A DNA stretch of 64,000 nt from positions 3,891-67,890 of the forward strand of contig CANQCG010000003.1 of NCBI GenBank assembly GCA_947589645.1, read 5' to 3'. Under the pieces are notes generated by a model. It saw only the letters and a program-made list of their open reading frames with translations, was not told the origin of the DNA and searched no databases. Made by a program: the position numbers and the translations under genes. This DNA is from an uncultured Clostridia bacterium (lineage in GTDB: Bacteria; Bacillota; Clostridia; TANB77; CAG-508). Of the stretch, positions 56,662 through 64,000 are shown one piece after another (within the stretch, counting starts at the first letter, position 1; every line of letters begins with the position of its first letter).

Positions 56662-56796
56662 ATATAATGCTACTTATATATAATAACATATTTTTTCCAG
56701 TTATTCCAGTCTTTTTTAGAAAAAAACATACATATTAAAAAACGAACCTAACATTTTTTTGCCAAATGCAAAATTAACATATGCACAACTTTCCTA

Positions 56797-56835
56797 AAAT
56801 ATAAAAAACTTATAGTTGTTAACTATAAGTTTTTA
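56797..56835 (-). terminator. Intrinsic terminator after the YgjP-like gene, upstream of tRNA-Gln
   Basis: AACUUAUAGUU-AAC-AACUAUAAGUU followed by UUUUAUAUUUU. Confidence 0.6.
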
Positions 56836-56842
56836 GGTTTTT

Positions 56843-57355
56843 TTATGCTGCATATTCGAATTTTTGGTATTGTGGCATTGCTTTTTTTACTAGTTCCCAG
56901 AAGCCTTTTGAATGTGTTTTATATTTTAGATGGCAATATTCGTGTAATATCATGTATTCTACAGTTGGCATATCATATTTCATTATGTATGGGTTTACAA
57001 CTATCTCTTTTGAATTATTGCACTTTGCCATAGCATTTTTGATAAAAGCTATTTTATAATCTTCTGGTGCAAATTTTAATTTGCTTCTTATTTTTTCCAT
57101 TATTGCTTCTACTTCTTTTTTAGCTATTTGCTCATACATTTTGTTTAGTATTATATTTAATATTTTTGTTATATCTTTATTTTTATATTTTAATGGAAGC
57201 ACTATTTTTACTTCTCTGTTTTCAAAGTTGAGTTCTGTAACTTTTACATTTTTATATGCTACCTTTACCTCAAATGTTGCTCCTAATATAATAATATCAG
57301 CTACCTTTGTATATACTGTTTTGATTTCTTTAACTTTTGTTCTAAAAATGTTCAT
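56843..57355 (-). CDS. YgjP-like (DUF45) zinc metallopeptidase
   Basis: 170 aa. HEYCH (HExxH) near the C-terminus. Consensus promoter upstream. Confidence 0.75.
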   Translation of the reverse strand: MNIFRTKVKEIKTVYTKVADIIILGATFEVKVAYKNVKVTELNFENREVKIVLPLKYKNKDITKILNIILNKMYEQIAKKEVEAIMEKIRSKLKFAPEDYKIAFIKNAMAKCNNSKEIVVNPYIMKYDMPTVEYMILHEYCHLKYKTHSKGFWELVKKAMPQYQKFEYAA

Positions 57356-57415
57356 AATAGTTACCTCCGTTTGAATTTTTGTTCTGCAAATTCTTGTTCG
57401 TTTTTTGTTGTACTC

Positions 57416-57444
57416 ATTTTACATTCATTTTTATTTTTTGTCAA
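57416..57444 (-). promoter_or_regulatory. Sigma-A type promoter upstream of the YgjP-like gene
   Basis: CTATTGACAA context: TTGACA - 17 nt - TAAAAT. A/T-tract UP-like region upstream. Confidence 0.6.
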
Positions 57445-57502
57445 TAGATTTTTTAAAAATTTTTAAAATTTTTCGAACATTTTTTCGAACGGCTTTTTTT
57501 AA

Positions 57503-58381
57503 TTAAATTAAAATAATTTCTCTCTTTAATAAATGTGAATTTACACTTCCAATACCAATAAAATTATTTTTTTCATCATACAATTTATATATATCATCAT
57601 TTAAATTAAATGAAAGCTTTACTCCATTTAGTAAATGTTTTAATCTGTTTTCTGGTATTGTAATACTTTGTTTATCTTCAAAAAATTTTTCTATTGAAAC
57701 AAAGTGTTCGCTTATGAATTGCACATTATTAAAATTTTCTTCTAGTTCTTCAATTGTTATTGCATTTTGTATACTAAATTTTCCTACTTTTGTTCTATTT
57801 AGCTCTTTCATATAACCAACTGTATTTAATTTAGTAGCAATATCTTCACATAGGCTTCTAATATATGTTCCTTTTGAGCAATGTACTGTAAAGTAAATTT
57901 CTTTTTTACCTATGTCTATTTTATTTAATTTACATTCATAAATTTCTATTGCTCTTGGTTTTAATTCTATGCTTTGTCCCTTTCTTGCATATTCATAAAG
58001 CTTTTTGCCATTTACCTTTATTGCAGAATACATTGGTGGTATTTGAAGCTGTTTACCTACAAAACTATTTAATACCTTTTCTACATTTTCTTTAACCAAA
58101 CTAGAATTTTGAACTGTTTTTTCTTCTATTACATTTCCCTCGATATCTGCTGTATCAGTTTTTATTCCTAATTTTAGTACAACTTCGTAGATTTTATCAT
58201 GCTCCATTAAATAGTTAGAACACAAAGTTCCTTTTCCAATTAGCAAAGGAAGAACTCCAGTTGCGTTTGGATCTAAAGTTCCTGTATGGCCTACTTTTTC
58301 GTTTACTATTTTCTTTACTTTAGATACAATATCATGTGAAGTTCTTCCCTTAGGTTTATTTATTATTAAAATTCCATCCAT
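57503..58381 (-). CDS. truB: tRNA pseudouridine55 synthase
   Basis: 292 aa. GHTGTLDPNATG catalytic Asp motif. Confidence 0.95.
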   Translation of the reverse strand: MDGILIINKPKGRTSHDIVSKVKKIVNEKVGHTGTLDPNATGVLPLLIGKGTLCSNYLMEHDKIYEVVLKLGIKTDTADIEGNVIEEKTVQNSSLVKENVEKVLNSFVGKQLQIPPMYSAIKVNGKKLYEYARKGQSIELKPRAIEIYECKLNKIDIGKKEIYFTVHCSKGTYIRSLCEDIATKLNTVGYMKELNRTKVGKFSIQNAITIEELEENFNNVQFISEHFVSIEKFFEDKQSITIPENRLKHLLNGVKLSFNLNDDIYKLYDEKNNFIGIGSVNSHLLKREIILI

Positions 58382-58391
58382 AAAATTTTCC

Positions 58392-59348
58392 TTATTTTAG
58401 TACTTTTTTTATTTCTTCTAATATTTTTTGCTTTACTTCTTCTACTGTTCCTTGCAAGAAACATCCTGCTGCTCTTATGTGGCCTCCACCACCTAACATT
58501 AAGCAAACATCTGCAACATTTACATATTCTTTTGATCTTAAAGAAACTTTATAACCATTTGCACCTTCTTTTTCACGAATAAATATTGATACTTCTACGC
58601 CTTCAATATTTCTTCCTATGTCTACTAAGCCCTCGTGATCTCCTTCTTCTGCTCCTGCCTTTTTTTCATCTTCTAAATTTATGTATGTAAATGTAACTTT
58701 TCCATCTTCCAAAAATTCCATTCGGTTTGATGCTAATCTGCTTAATTCAAAATTTGCTTTAGTTTTTGTGCTTAAAACTCTAGTGTAAACATTTGATATA
58801 TTTACACCCTTTTGTAAAAGCTCTGCTGCAAATTCAAAAGTCTCGGCTGTAACACCTGAATATTGAAAACCACCAGTATCGGTAATTATACCTGTAATTA
58901 TGCAAGTTCCTAGTTCTTGCGTTATTTCTATTCCAAAATATTCAAACATTCCTATTAATATTTCGCAACATGCTGGTGCAACTGGATTTACAAAATTATA
59001 ATCTCCAAACATAGTATTAATACTATGATGGTCTATTTCTATTTTTGTTTTAGCAGTTTCAAAATACTCTTCTCCTTTTGCTAACCTTTTTAAATCGGCA
59101 CAGTCAACTGAAATTGCTAAGTCATATTTTTTTAAACTTGAATCTTCTTTAATTTCATTTGCTCCTGGTAAAAAGCTAAAAATTCTTGAATATTTTGGTA
59201 TTATTACATCAGCCTTTTTGCCTAATTCTTCTACTGCTATTTTCATTGCTAAACTACTTCCAATGGCATCTCCATCAGGTGTTTCATGTGTTAAAATTAC
59301 TATAGTTTTTGCTTTTTTTATTTCTTCTAATATATTGTCTAGAGTCAT
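58392..59348 (-). CDS. nrnA: DHH/DHHA1 phosphoesterase (NrnA-type oligoribonuclease/pAp phosphatase)
   Basis: 318 aa. DGDAIGS, EIDHHS, GGGGHIRAAG. Confidence 0.8.
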   Translation of the reverse strand: MTLDNILEEIKKAKTIVILTHETPDGDAIGSSLAMKIAVEELGKKADVIIPKYSRIFSFLPGANEIKEDSSLKKYDLAISVDCADLKRLAKGEEYFETAKTKIEIDHHSINTMFGDYNFVNPVAPACCEILIGMFEYFGIEITQELGTCIITGIITDTGGFQYSGVTAETFEFAAELLQKGVNISNVYTRVLSTKTKANFELSRLASNRMEFLEDGKVTFTYINLEDEKKAGAEEGDHEGLVDIGRNIEGVEVSIFIREKEGANGYKVSLRSKEYVNVADVCLMLGGGGHIRAAGCFLQGTVEEVKQKILEEIKKVLK

Positions 59349-59394
59349 ATAAATTTACTCCTTATCTATCTATTTTTCTTTTGGCAAAGATAGA

Positions 59395-59748
59395 CTAATC
59401 TTTAATTATATTTTTTAAAATATTATCTATCTTTGCACCATATTCTAAAGAATCATCTACTACAAATGATAATTCTGGTGTATATCTTAAATTTATTCTT
59501 TTAGCTAATTCTGCTCTTATATATCCTGCAGACTTTTTTAAACCTTCTAAAGTTTCTTCTACACTTTTGGCATTTAAGATACTTACCCACACTTTAGCAT
59601 ATCTTAAGTCTGGTGTAACTTTTACCCTAGTCACACTTACCATTCCTGTTACTTTAGGCTCTTTTAATTCATAACTTATGATATTGCTTATTTCTTTTTT
59701 GAATTCTTCATCAATTCTTCCTAGTCTATTTTCGTTTTTATTTGGCAT
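59395..59748 (-). CDS. rbfA: Ribosome-binding factor A
   Basis: 117 aa. Position after infB. VSVTRVKVTPDLRYAKVWVS. Confidence 0.9.
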   Translation of the reverse strand: MPNKNENRLGRIDEEFKKEISNIISYELKEPKVTGMVSVTRVKVTPDLRYAKVWVSILNAKSVEETLEGLKKSAGYIRAELAKRINLRYTPELSFVVDDSLEYGAKIDNILKNIIKD

Positions 59749-59756
59749 ACTTGTTC

Positions 59757-59790
59757 ATGTTAGCTTTATAAACTAACACTTCCTCCCTTC
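59757..59790 (-). promoter_or_regulatory. SD+hairpin leader module, copy 5 (infB/rbfA junction)
   Basis: GAAGGGAGG-AA-GUGUUAG-UUUAUAAAG-CUAACAU-GAACAAGU-AUG(59748). 7-bp stem with a G.U closing pair. Confidence 0.55.
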
Positions 59791-59838
59791 ACTTGTAAGC
59801 TATATTTAATATGTCGATTTTTGTAGTTTTTATACAGA

Positions 59839-62814
59839 TTATCTTTTTACTTCTTCCATAATAAATGCCTCTATAATGTCTCCTTCTTTGATGTCATCAT
59901 ATTTTTCAATTTGAATACCACATTCAAAGCCTTTAGAAACTTCTTTAGCGTCATCTTTGAATCTCTTTAATGATGCTAGTTTTCCTTCATGAATTACTAC
60001 ATTGTCACGTAATATTCTTACTCCTGCATTTCTTTCAAGTTTTCCGTCTAATACATAAGCTCCTCCTATTGTACCAACACTTGAAATCTTAAAGGTTTGC
60101 CTTATTTCTGCATTTCCTATTACTTTTTCTATATATTTAGGTGCAAGCATTCCCTTCATAGCAGATTCTACATCATCTATAGCTTGATATATTACTGAAT
60201 ATTGTTTTATTTCTACTTCTTCTTTTTCAGCCATATCTTTTGCAGTTGGAACTGGTCTTACATTGAATGCAATTATAATTGCATTTGATACTTTTGCAAG
60301 TGTAACATCTGATTCTGTAACTGCTCCTGCTGCACTGTGTATTACTTTTACAGTTACTTCTTCATTTGACAATTTTTCAAGAGATTGTTTTACTGCTTCA
60401 ACTGAACCTTGAACATCTGCTTTTACTATTAAGTTTAATACTTTTAAGTTTCCTTTTTCTATTTGGTTAAATAAGTCATCTAAACTTACTTTTGTATTAG
60501 CATTTATTGCTTTTTCTCTTGCTTGACGTTTTCTTCTTTCAATTAGGTGTTTTGCTGTTTTTTCATCTTCTACTTCATAGAAGGTATCTCCAGCTTGAGG
60601 TACTTCTGTTAATCCTAAAATTTCTACTGGTGTAGAAGGTCCAGCTTTTTTAACTTTTTTACCTTTTTCGTCTGTCATAACTCTTATTCTGCCTATTGAT
60701 GAGCCAACAACTATTTCGTCTCCTACATCTAGAGTTCCTCTTTGTACAAGCATTGTTGCTATTGGTCCTTTGTTTTTATCAAGTCTTGCTTCTATTACAA
60801 CACCTTTTGATTGTTTATTTGGATTAGCTTTTAAATCTAATACATCTGCTTCAAGTAATACCATCTCTAATAATTGATCAATGTTTAGATTATTTTTTGC
60901 AGAAATTGGTACAAAGATTGTATCTCCTCCCCATTCTTCTGGGACTAATTCATAGTTCATCAATTCTTGTTTTACTTTATCTATATTTGCATCTGGTAAA
61001 TCTATTTTGTTAATAGCAACTATTATTGGAATTCCTGCAGATTTAGCATGGTTAATTGCTTCTACTGTTTGAGGCATTACTCCATCATTTGCAGCAACTA
61101 CAAGTATTGCTATATCTGTTATTTGTGCACCTCTTGCTCTCATTGCTGTAAATGCTTCATGACCTGGTGTATCTAAGAAAGTTATTTCTCTATCATTTAT
61201 TTTTACTTTATATGCACCTATATGTTGAGTTATTCCTCCTGCTTCTCCTTCTATTACATTTGTTTTCTTAACTGCGTCTAGAAGTGAAGTTTTTCCATGG
61301 TCTACGTGTCCCATTACTACAACTACTGGTGGACGTGGCTGTAAATCTTCTTCTTTATCTTCTGTCTCGTCAAATAAGATGTCTTCTTCTGTAATTGTTT
61401 CCTTTTTCTTTGCTTCTACGCCAAATTCTTGTGCTATTAAGTATGCTGTATCAAAGTCCACTTCATTATTTATAGTTGCCATTACACCATATCCTAATAA
61501 TTTTTTCATTACATCTGATGTTGTCTTTTTTAATTCAGCTGCTAAGTCTTTTACAGTTATAGATTCTGGTATTGTTATTTCTGTTAATTGGAAGATTTTT
61601 TGTTTATTACGTGGCTCTTCTTCTTTTTGAGCTTTTCTCTTACCTTTTCTTCCTCTTTGTGTAGATAAGTCGTAATAATCAAGCATTCCACCTTCTTGGT
61701 CTTCAAACATATTTGATAATCTATCTGCTCTTTTTAAGCCTTTTAATTTCCCTTCATTTATTTCAGAATCGCCTAAATTACGTCTTGATTTTTGTGCTTT
61801 TTTAGTTGCTCTAGTATCATCAAATTTGCTATTTGCCTTTTGCTTATCAATATTTTTGTTATATTCTCTAACATTTTCTTTTTCAGTATTCTCAACTGAC
61901 ATTATGTTCTTTATGTTTTTCTCTATACCTCTTTCATCAAGAGGGCGCTTTCCAAATCTATTATTGGTTTGATTATTGTCTCTATTATTAAATCTATTAT
62001 TTCTATCAAAATTGTTTCTATTTTTAAAGTCTTGATTATTATTTCTAAAGCCATTCTGATTATTTCTAAAATTATTTTGATGATTCATATTTGAAGAATT
62101 ATAGCCATTTGAATTTTCACTATTATAACCATTTCTACTTGGCACATTTTTTCTATAATTATTTTGTCCCCATTCTCTGTTTTGATTATTTTGTCTATAA
62201 TCATTTTGATTATTATAGTTATTTTTATATGATTGCTTTTCTTTATTAAAATCATCATTTGACTTACTTGAATCTTGCAAATTCTTTTCTTCAGCCTTAG
62301 TATTTTGAGAAACTGGCTTCGTTTCTGTTGTTTTTTCTTCTACTGCTGCCTTTTTTGCTTGATTTTCGTCTTTTGATTTGCCAATACCAAATAATTCACT
62401 TACTGTCATAGGTTTAGAAGGTCTATTTCTATATACTATATTATAGTCATTTTGTTTTCTCTCAACAAAGCCTACTTTTTCTTGTGTTTTTTCTTCTACT
62501 TTCTTTTGTTGCTCTTTTTTCTTATTTTCAGCTTCTGTAATTATTACCTCTCTTCTAATAATTACTGGTGTATCGTTTTTTTCTTTTGCTGCTGGTTGAG
62601 CTTTTGAAGTTTTTTCTTCCTTCTTTGCTGAAGATTGCACATCTTTATTATTTTTCAAACTCTCTTCTATTTTTTTAGCATCTTCTTCATCAATGTTACT
62701 TAAATGACTTTTTGCTTCAATTTTAAGCATTTCCGCTCTTTCTAAAACTTCTTTACTTGTTAAGTTTAATTTTTTTGCTATATCATATATTTTTACTTTA
62801 CCCAATAATATCAC
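59839..62814 (-). CDS. infB: Translation initiation factor IF-2 with an Asn-rich low-complexity insert
   Basis: G domain [17 protein letters not shown]. Track start GTG 62814 lies inside the SD GGGGGTGA; TTG at 62805 (6 nt after the SD) is the more likely start. Confidence 0.95.
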   Translation of the reverse strand: MILLGKVKIYDIAKKLNLTSKEVLERAEMLKIEAKSHLSNIDEEDAKKIEESLKNNKDVQSSAKKEEKTSKAQPAAKEKNDTPVIIRREVIITEAENKKKEQQKKVEEKTQEKVGFVERKQNDYNIVYRNRPSKPMTVSELFGIGKSKDENQAKKAAVEEKTTETKPVSQNTKAEEKNLQDSSKSNDDFNKEKQSYKNNYNNQNDYRQNNQNREWGQNNYRKNVPSRNGYNSENSNGYNSSNMNHQNNFRNNQNGFRNNNQDFKNRNNFDRNNRFNNRDNNQTNNRFGKRPLDERGIEKNIKNIMSVENTEKENVREYNKNIDKQKANSKFDDTRATKKAQKSRRNLGDSEINEGKLKGLKRADRLSNMFEDQEGGMLDYYDLSTQRGRKGKRKAQKEEEPRNKQKIFQLTEITIPESITVKDLAAELKKTTSDVMKKLLGYGVMATINNEVDFDTAYLIAQEFGVEAKKKETITEEDILFDETEDKEEDLQPRPPVVVVMGHVDHGKTSLLDAVKKTNVIEGEAGGITQHIGAYKVKINDREITFLDTPGHEAFTAMRARGAQITDIAILVVAANDGVMPQTVEAINHAKSAGIPIIVAINKIDLPDANIDKVKQELMNYELVPEEWGGDTIFVPISAKNNLNIDQLLEMVLLEADVLDLKANPNKQSKGVVIEARLDKNKGPIATMLVQRGTLDVGDEIVVGSSIGRIRVMTDEKGKKVKKAGPSTPVEILGLTEVPQAGDTFYEVEDEKTAKHLIERRKRQAREKAINANTKVSLDDLFNQIEKGNLKVLNLIVKADVQGSVEAVKQSLEKLSNEEVTVKVIHSAAGAVTESDVTLAKVSNAIIIAFNVRPVPTAKDMAEKEEVEIKQYSVIYQAIDDVESAMKGMLAPKYIEKVIGNAEIRQTFKISSVGTIGGAYVLDGKLERNAGVRILRDNVVIHEGKLASLKRFKDDAKEVSKGFECGIQIEKYDDIKEGDIIEAFIMEEVKR
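61954..62229 (-). repeat. Asn/Gln-rich low-complexity insert in IF-2 (residues about 196-287)
   Basis: Translation: [28 protein letters not shown]...[41 protein letters not shown]. Confidence 0.85.
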
Positions 62815-62817
62815 CCC

Positions 62818-63075
62818 CTACTTTTCTATTCTTTCTCTTAATTTTTCGTAAATTTCATTTGGTATGTCGGCCTCTAGCGCTCTTTTTAATGCTTTACTTT
62901 TTAATTCTTTTTCAAGACATTCTATACTATCACAAATATATGCACCTTTTCCCTGTTTTTTTCCACTTTCGTCTATAATTATTTCATTTGTTTGATTTTT
63001 AACAATTCGTATTAATTCGTTTTTGTCTTTTTTTGTTCTACAAACAACACAGCTTCTTTGTGGTATTTTTTTCAT
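62818..63075 (-). CDS. rnpM: YlxR/RnpM (DUF448) RNA-binding protein
   Basis: 85 aa. PQRSCVVCR...KGAYIC. Lies between nusA and infB. Confidence 0.85.
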   Translation of the reverse strand: MKKIPQRSCVVCRTKKDKNELIRIVKNQTNEIIIDESGKKQGKGAYICDSIECLEKELKSKALKRALEADIPNEIYEKLRERIEK

Positions 63076-63097
63076 TATATAATCCCCTCTTATTTTT

Positions 63098-64000
63098 TTA
63101 TGCTTCCTCGTTTTGAGCTAGCATTTCTCTAAATTGTGTTTCAGATTTTATATCAATTTTCCAATTTGTTAATTTTGCAGCTAACCTAACATTTTGACCT
63201 GCTTTTCCTATAGCTAGTGATAATTGGTCATCTGGTACAATTACTTGTGCAAATTTTTCTTCTTCTTTTATATCTACTGCTAATATTTTAGCTGGCAATA
63301 AACTTGATGATATAAATATTGCTGGATCTGCATCCCATTCTATTACATCAATTTTTTCTCCATTTAACTCATTTATAACATTTTGTATACGTATACCTCT
63401 TTGCCCTACACATGAGCCAACTGGATCTATATCTGGATTTTGTGAATATACTGCAACTTTGCTTCTATACCCTGGATCACGAGAAACACTTTTAATTTCT
63501 ATTAAGCCTTCGTATATTTCTGGTATTTCAAACTCTAATAGTTTTCTTACAAAATCAGGATGACTTCTAGATACTATAACTTGTGGTGCTCCTTTTTCTC
63601 CTCTTTCAACATCTAATACATAACCTTTTATTTTTTGGTTTACACTATATTTTTCAGTTGGAATTTGTTCTTTTGGAGGCATTATTCCTTCTAGTCTTCC
63701 TAAATCCATTACTACAATATTTTTATCTGCCTTTTGAATTATTCCTGATACAATTTCGCCTTTTCTATCATTAAATTCTGCAAAAACTATGTCTCTTTCT
63801 GCCTCACGTAATTTTTGAATTATTACTTGCTTTGCTGTTTGTGCAGCAATTCTTCCAAAATCTTTTGGTACAATTTCTACATCTACAGTGTCACCAACTT
63901 TTAAGTCTTTATTTATTTTCTTTGCTTCTTCTAAACTTATTTCTAAAGCATCATCATTTGCCTTTTTCATTACTTCTTTGATAGCATATACATGTGTTGC
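63098..64000 (-). CDS. nusA: Transcription termination/antitermination factor NusA (5' end beyond window)
   Basis: S1 and two KH domains (GRIAAQTAKQVI, GSCVGQRGIRIQ, AIGKAGQNVRLA). The reading frame stays open upstream of the track Met to position 64000. Confidence 0.9.
   Translation of the reverse strand, partial: ATHVYAIKEVMKKANDDALEISLEEAKKINKDLKVGDTVDVEIVPKDFGRIAAQTAKQVIIQKLREAERDIVFAEFNDRKGEIVSGIIQKADKNIVVMDLGRLEGIMPPKEQIPTEKYSVNQKIKGYVLDVERGEKGAPQVIVSRSHPDFVRKLLEFEIPEIYEGLIEIKSVSRDPGYRSKVAVYSQNPDIDPVGSCVGQRGIRIQNVINELNGEKIDVIEWDADPAIFISSSLLPAKILAVDIKEEEKFAQVIVPDDQLSLAIGKAGQNVRLAAKLTNWKIDIKSETQFREMLAQNEEA

Noticed and set aside
56587-56842. tRNA-Gln as an integration site for a mobile element
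   Set aside because: There is no integrase, no direct repeat of the tRNA 3' end, and the flanking genes (YgjP-like, lysS) are ordinary housekeeping genes.
57472-57489. Direct repeat TTTTCGAAC x2 (two TTCGAA palindromes) after truB as a terminator or operator
   Set aside because: Only a 6-bp AU-rich stem is possible. It overlaps the A/T-rich UP-like region of the downstream promoter and is too weak to call.

Overview
Visibly AT-rich, low-GC Firmicute (Clostridia-like) chromosomal core. Every credible gene is on the minus strand: 56 intact CDS, one frameshifted CDS and one tRNA. All plus-strand ORFs in the track are antisense shadows. In transcription order (high to low coordinates) the window holds: nusA-rnpM-infB-rbfA-nrnA-truB; a YgjP-like peptidase; tRNA-Gln and lysS; LOG, an M50 protease, tsaD and a metallophosphoesterase; an Rpn-family nuclease; recG; a DAACS symporter; an acyl-CoA ligase; a complete type II fatty-acid synthesis cluster (birA-like, fabD-fabG-fabF, accB-fabZ-accC-accD-accA*-fabI) in which accA carries a +1 frameshift; two secreted or surface proteins (a GH73 enzyme with a dockerin, and an SH3b/cadherin-like protein) joined to mutL-miaA; a HlyD-like protein; sepF-divIVA; rsmD; ftsK; a 532-aa unknown; a beta-CASP hydrolase; a GH15 enzyme; a glycolytic operon with ispG and ispH inserted (gap-pgk-ispG-ispH-tpiA-gpmI); an orphan YezG-like immunity gene; a NifU-like/GGGtGRT pair; alr; rsmE; remA-rpoZ and a CMP-kinase-like gene; priA; def; and a GH18 gene. 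This is mostly housekeeping DNA, and I see no obvious multi-gene defence island. The most unusual signals are at RNA or DNA level. (1) A leader module, extended Shine-Dalgarno plus an AUG-containing hairpin, recurs six times just upstream of start codons and shows compensatory stem changes. (2) A 97-bp palindromic repeat is present twice in opposite orientation. (3) The Rpn nuclease gene has a strong in-frame internal SD+AUG and a 12-bp tandem repeat array. (4) accA is frameshifted at a non-homopolymer site. (5) A rod-like structure of about 115 nt lies downstream of the GGGtGRT gene. All functional calls come from motif recognition by eye; no database search was run.
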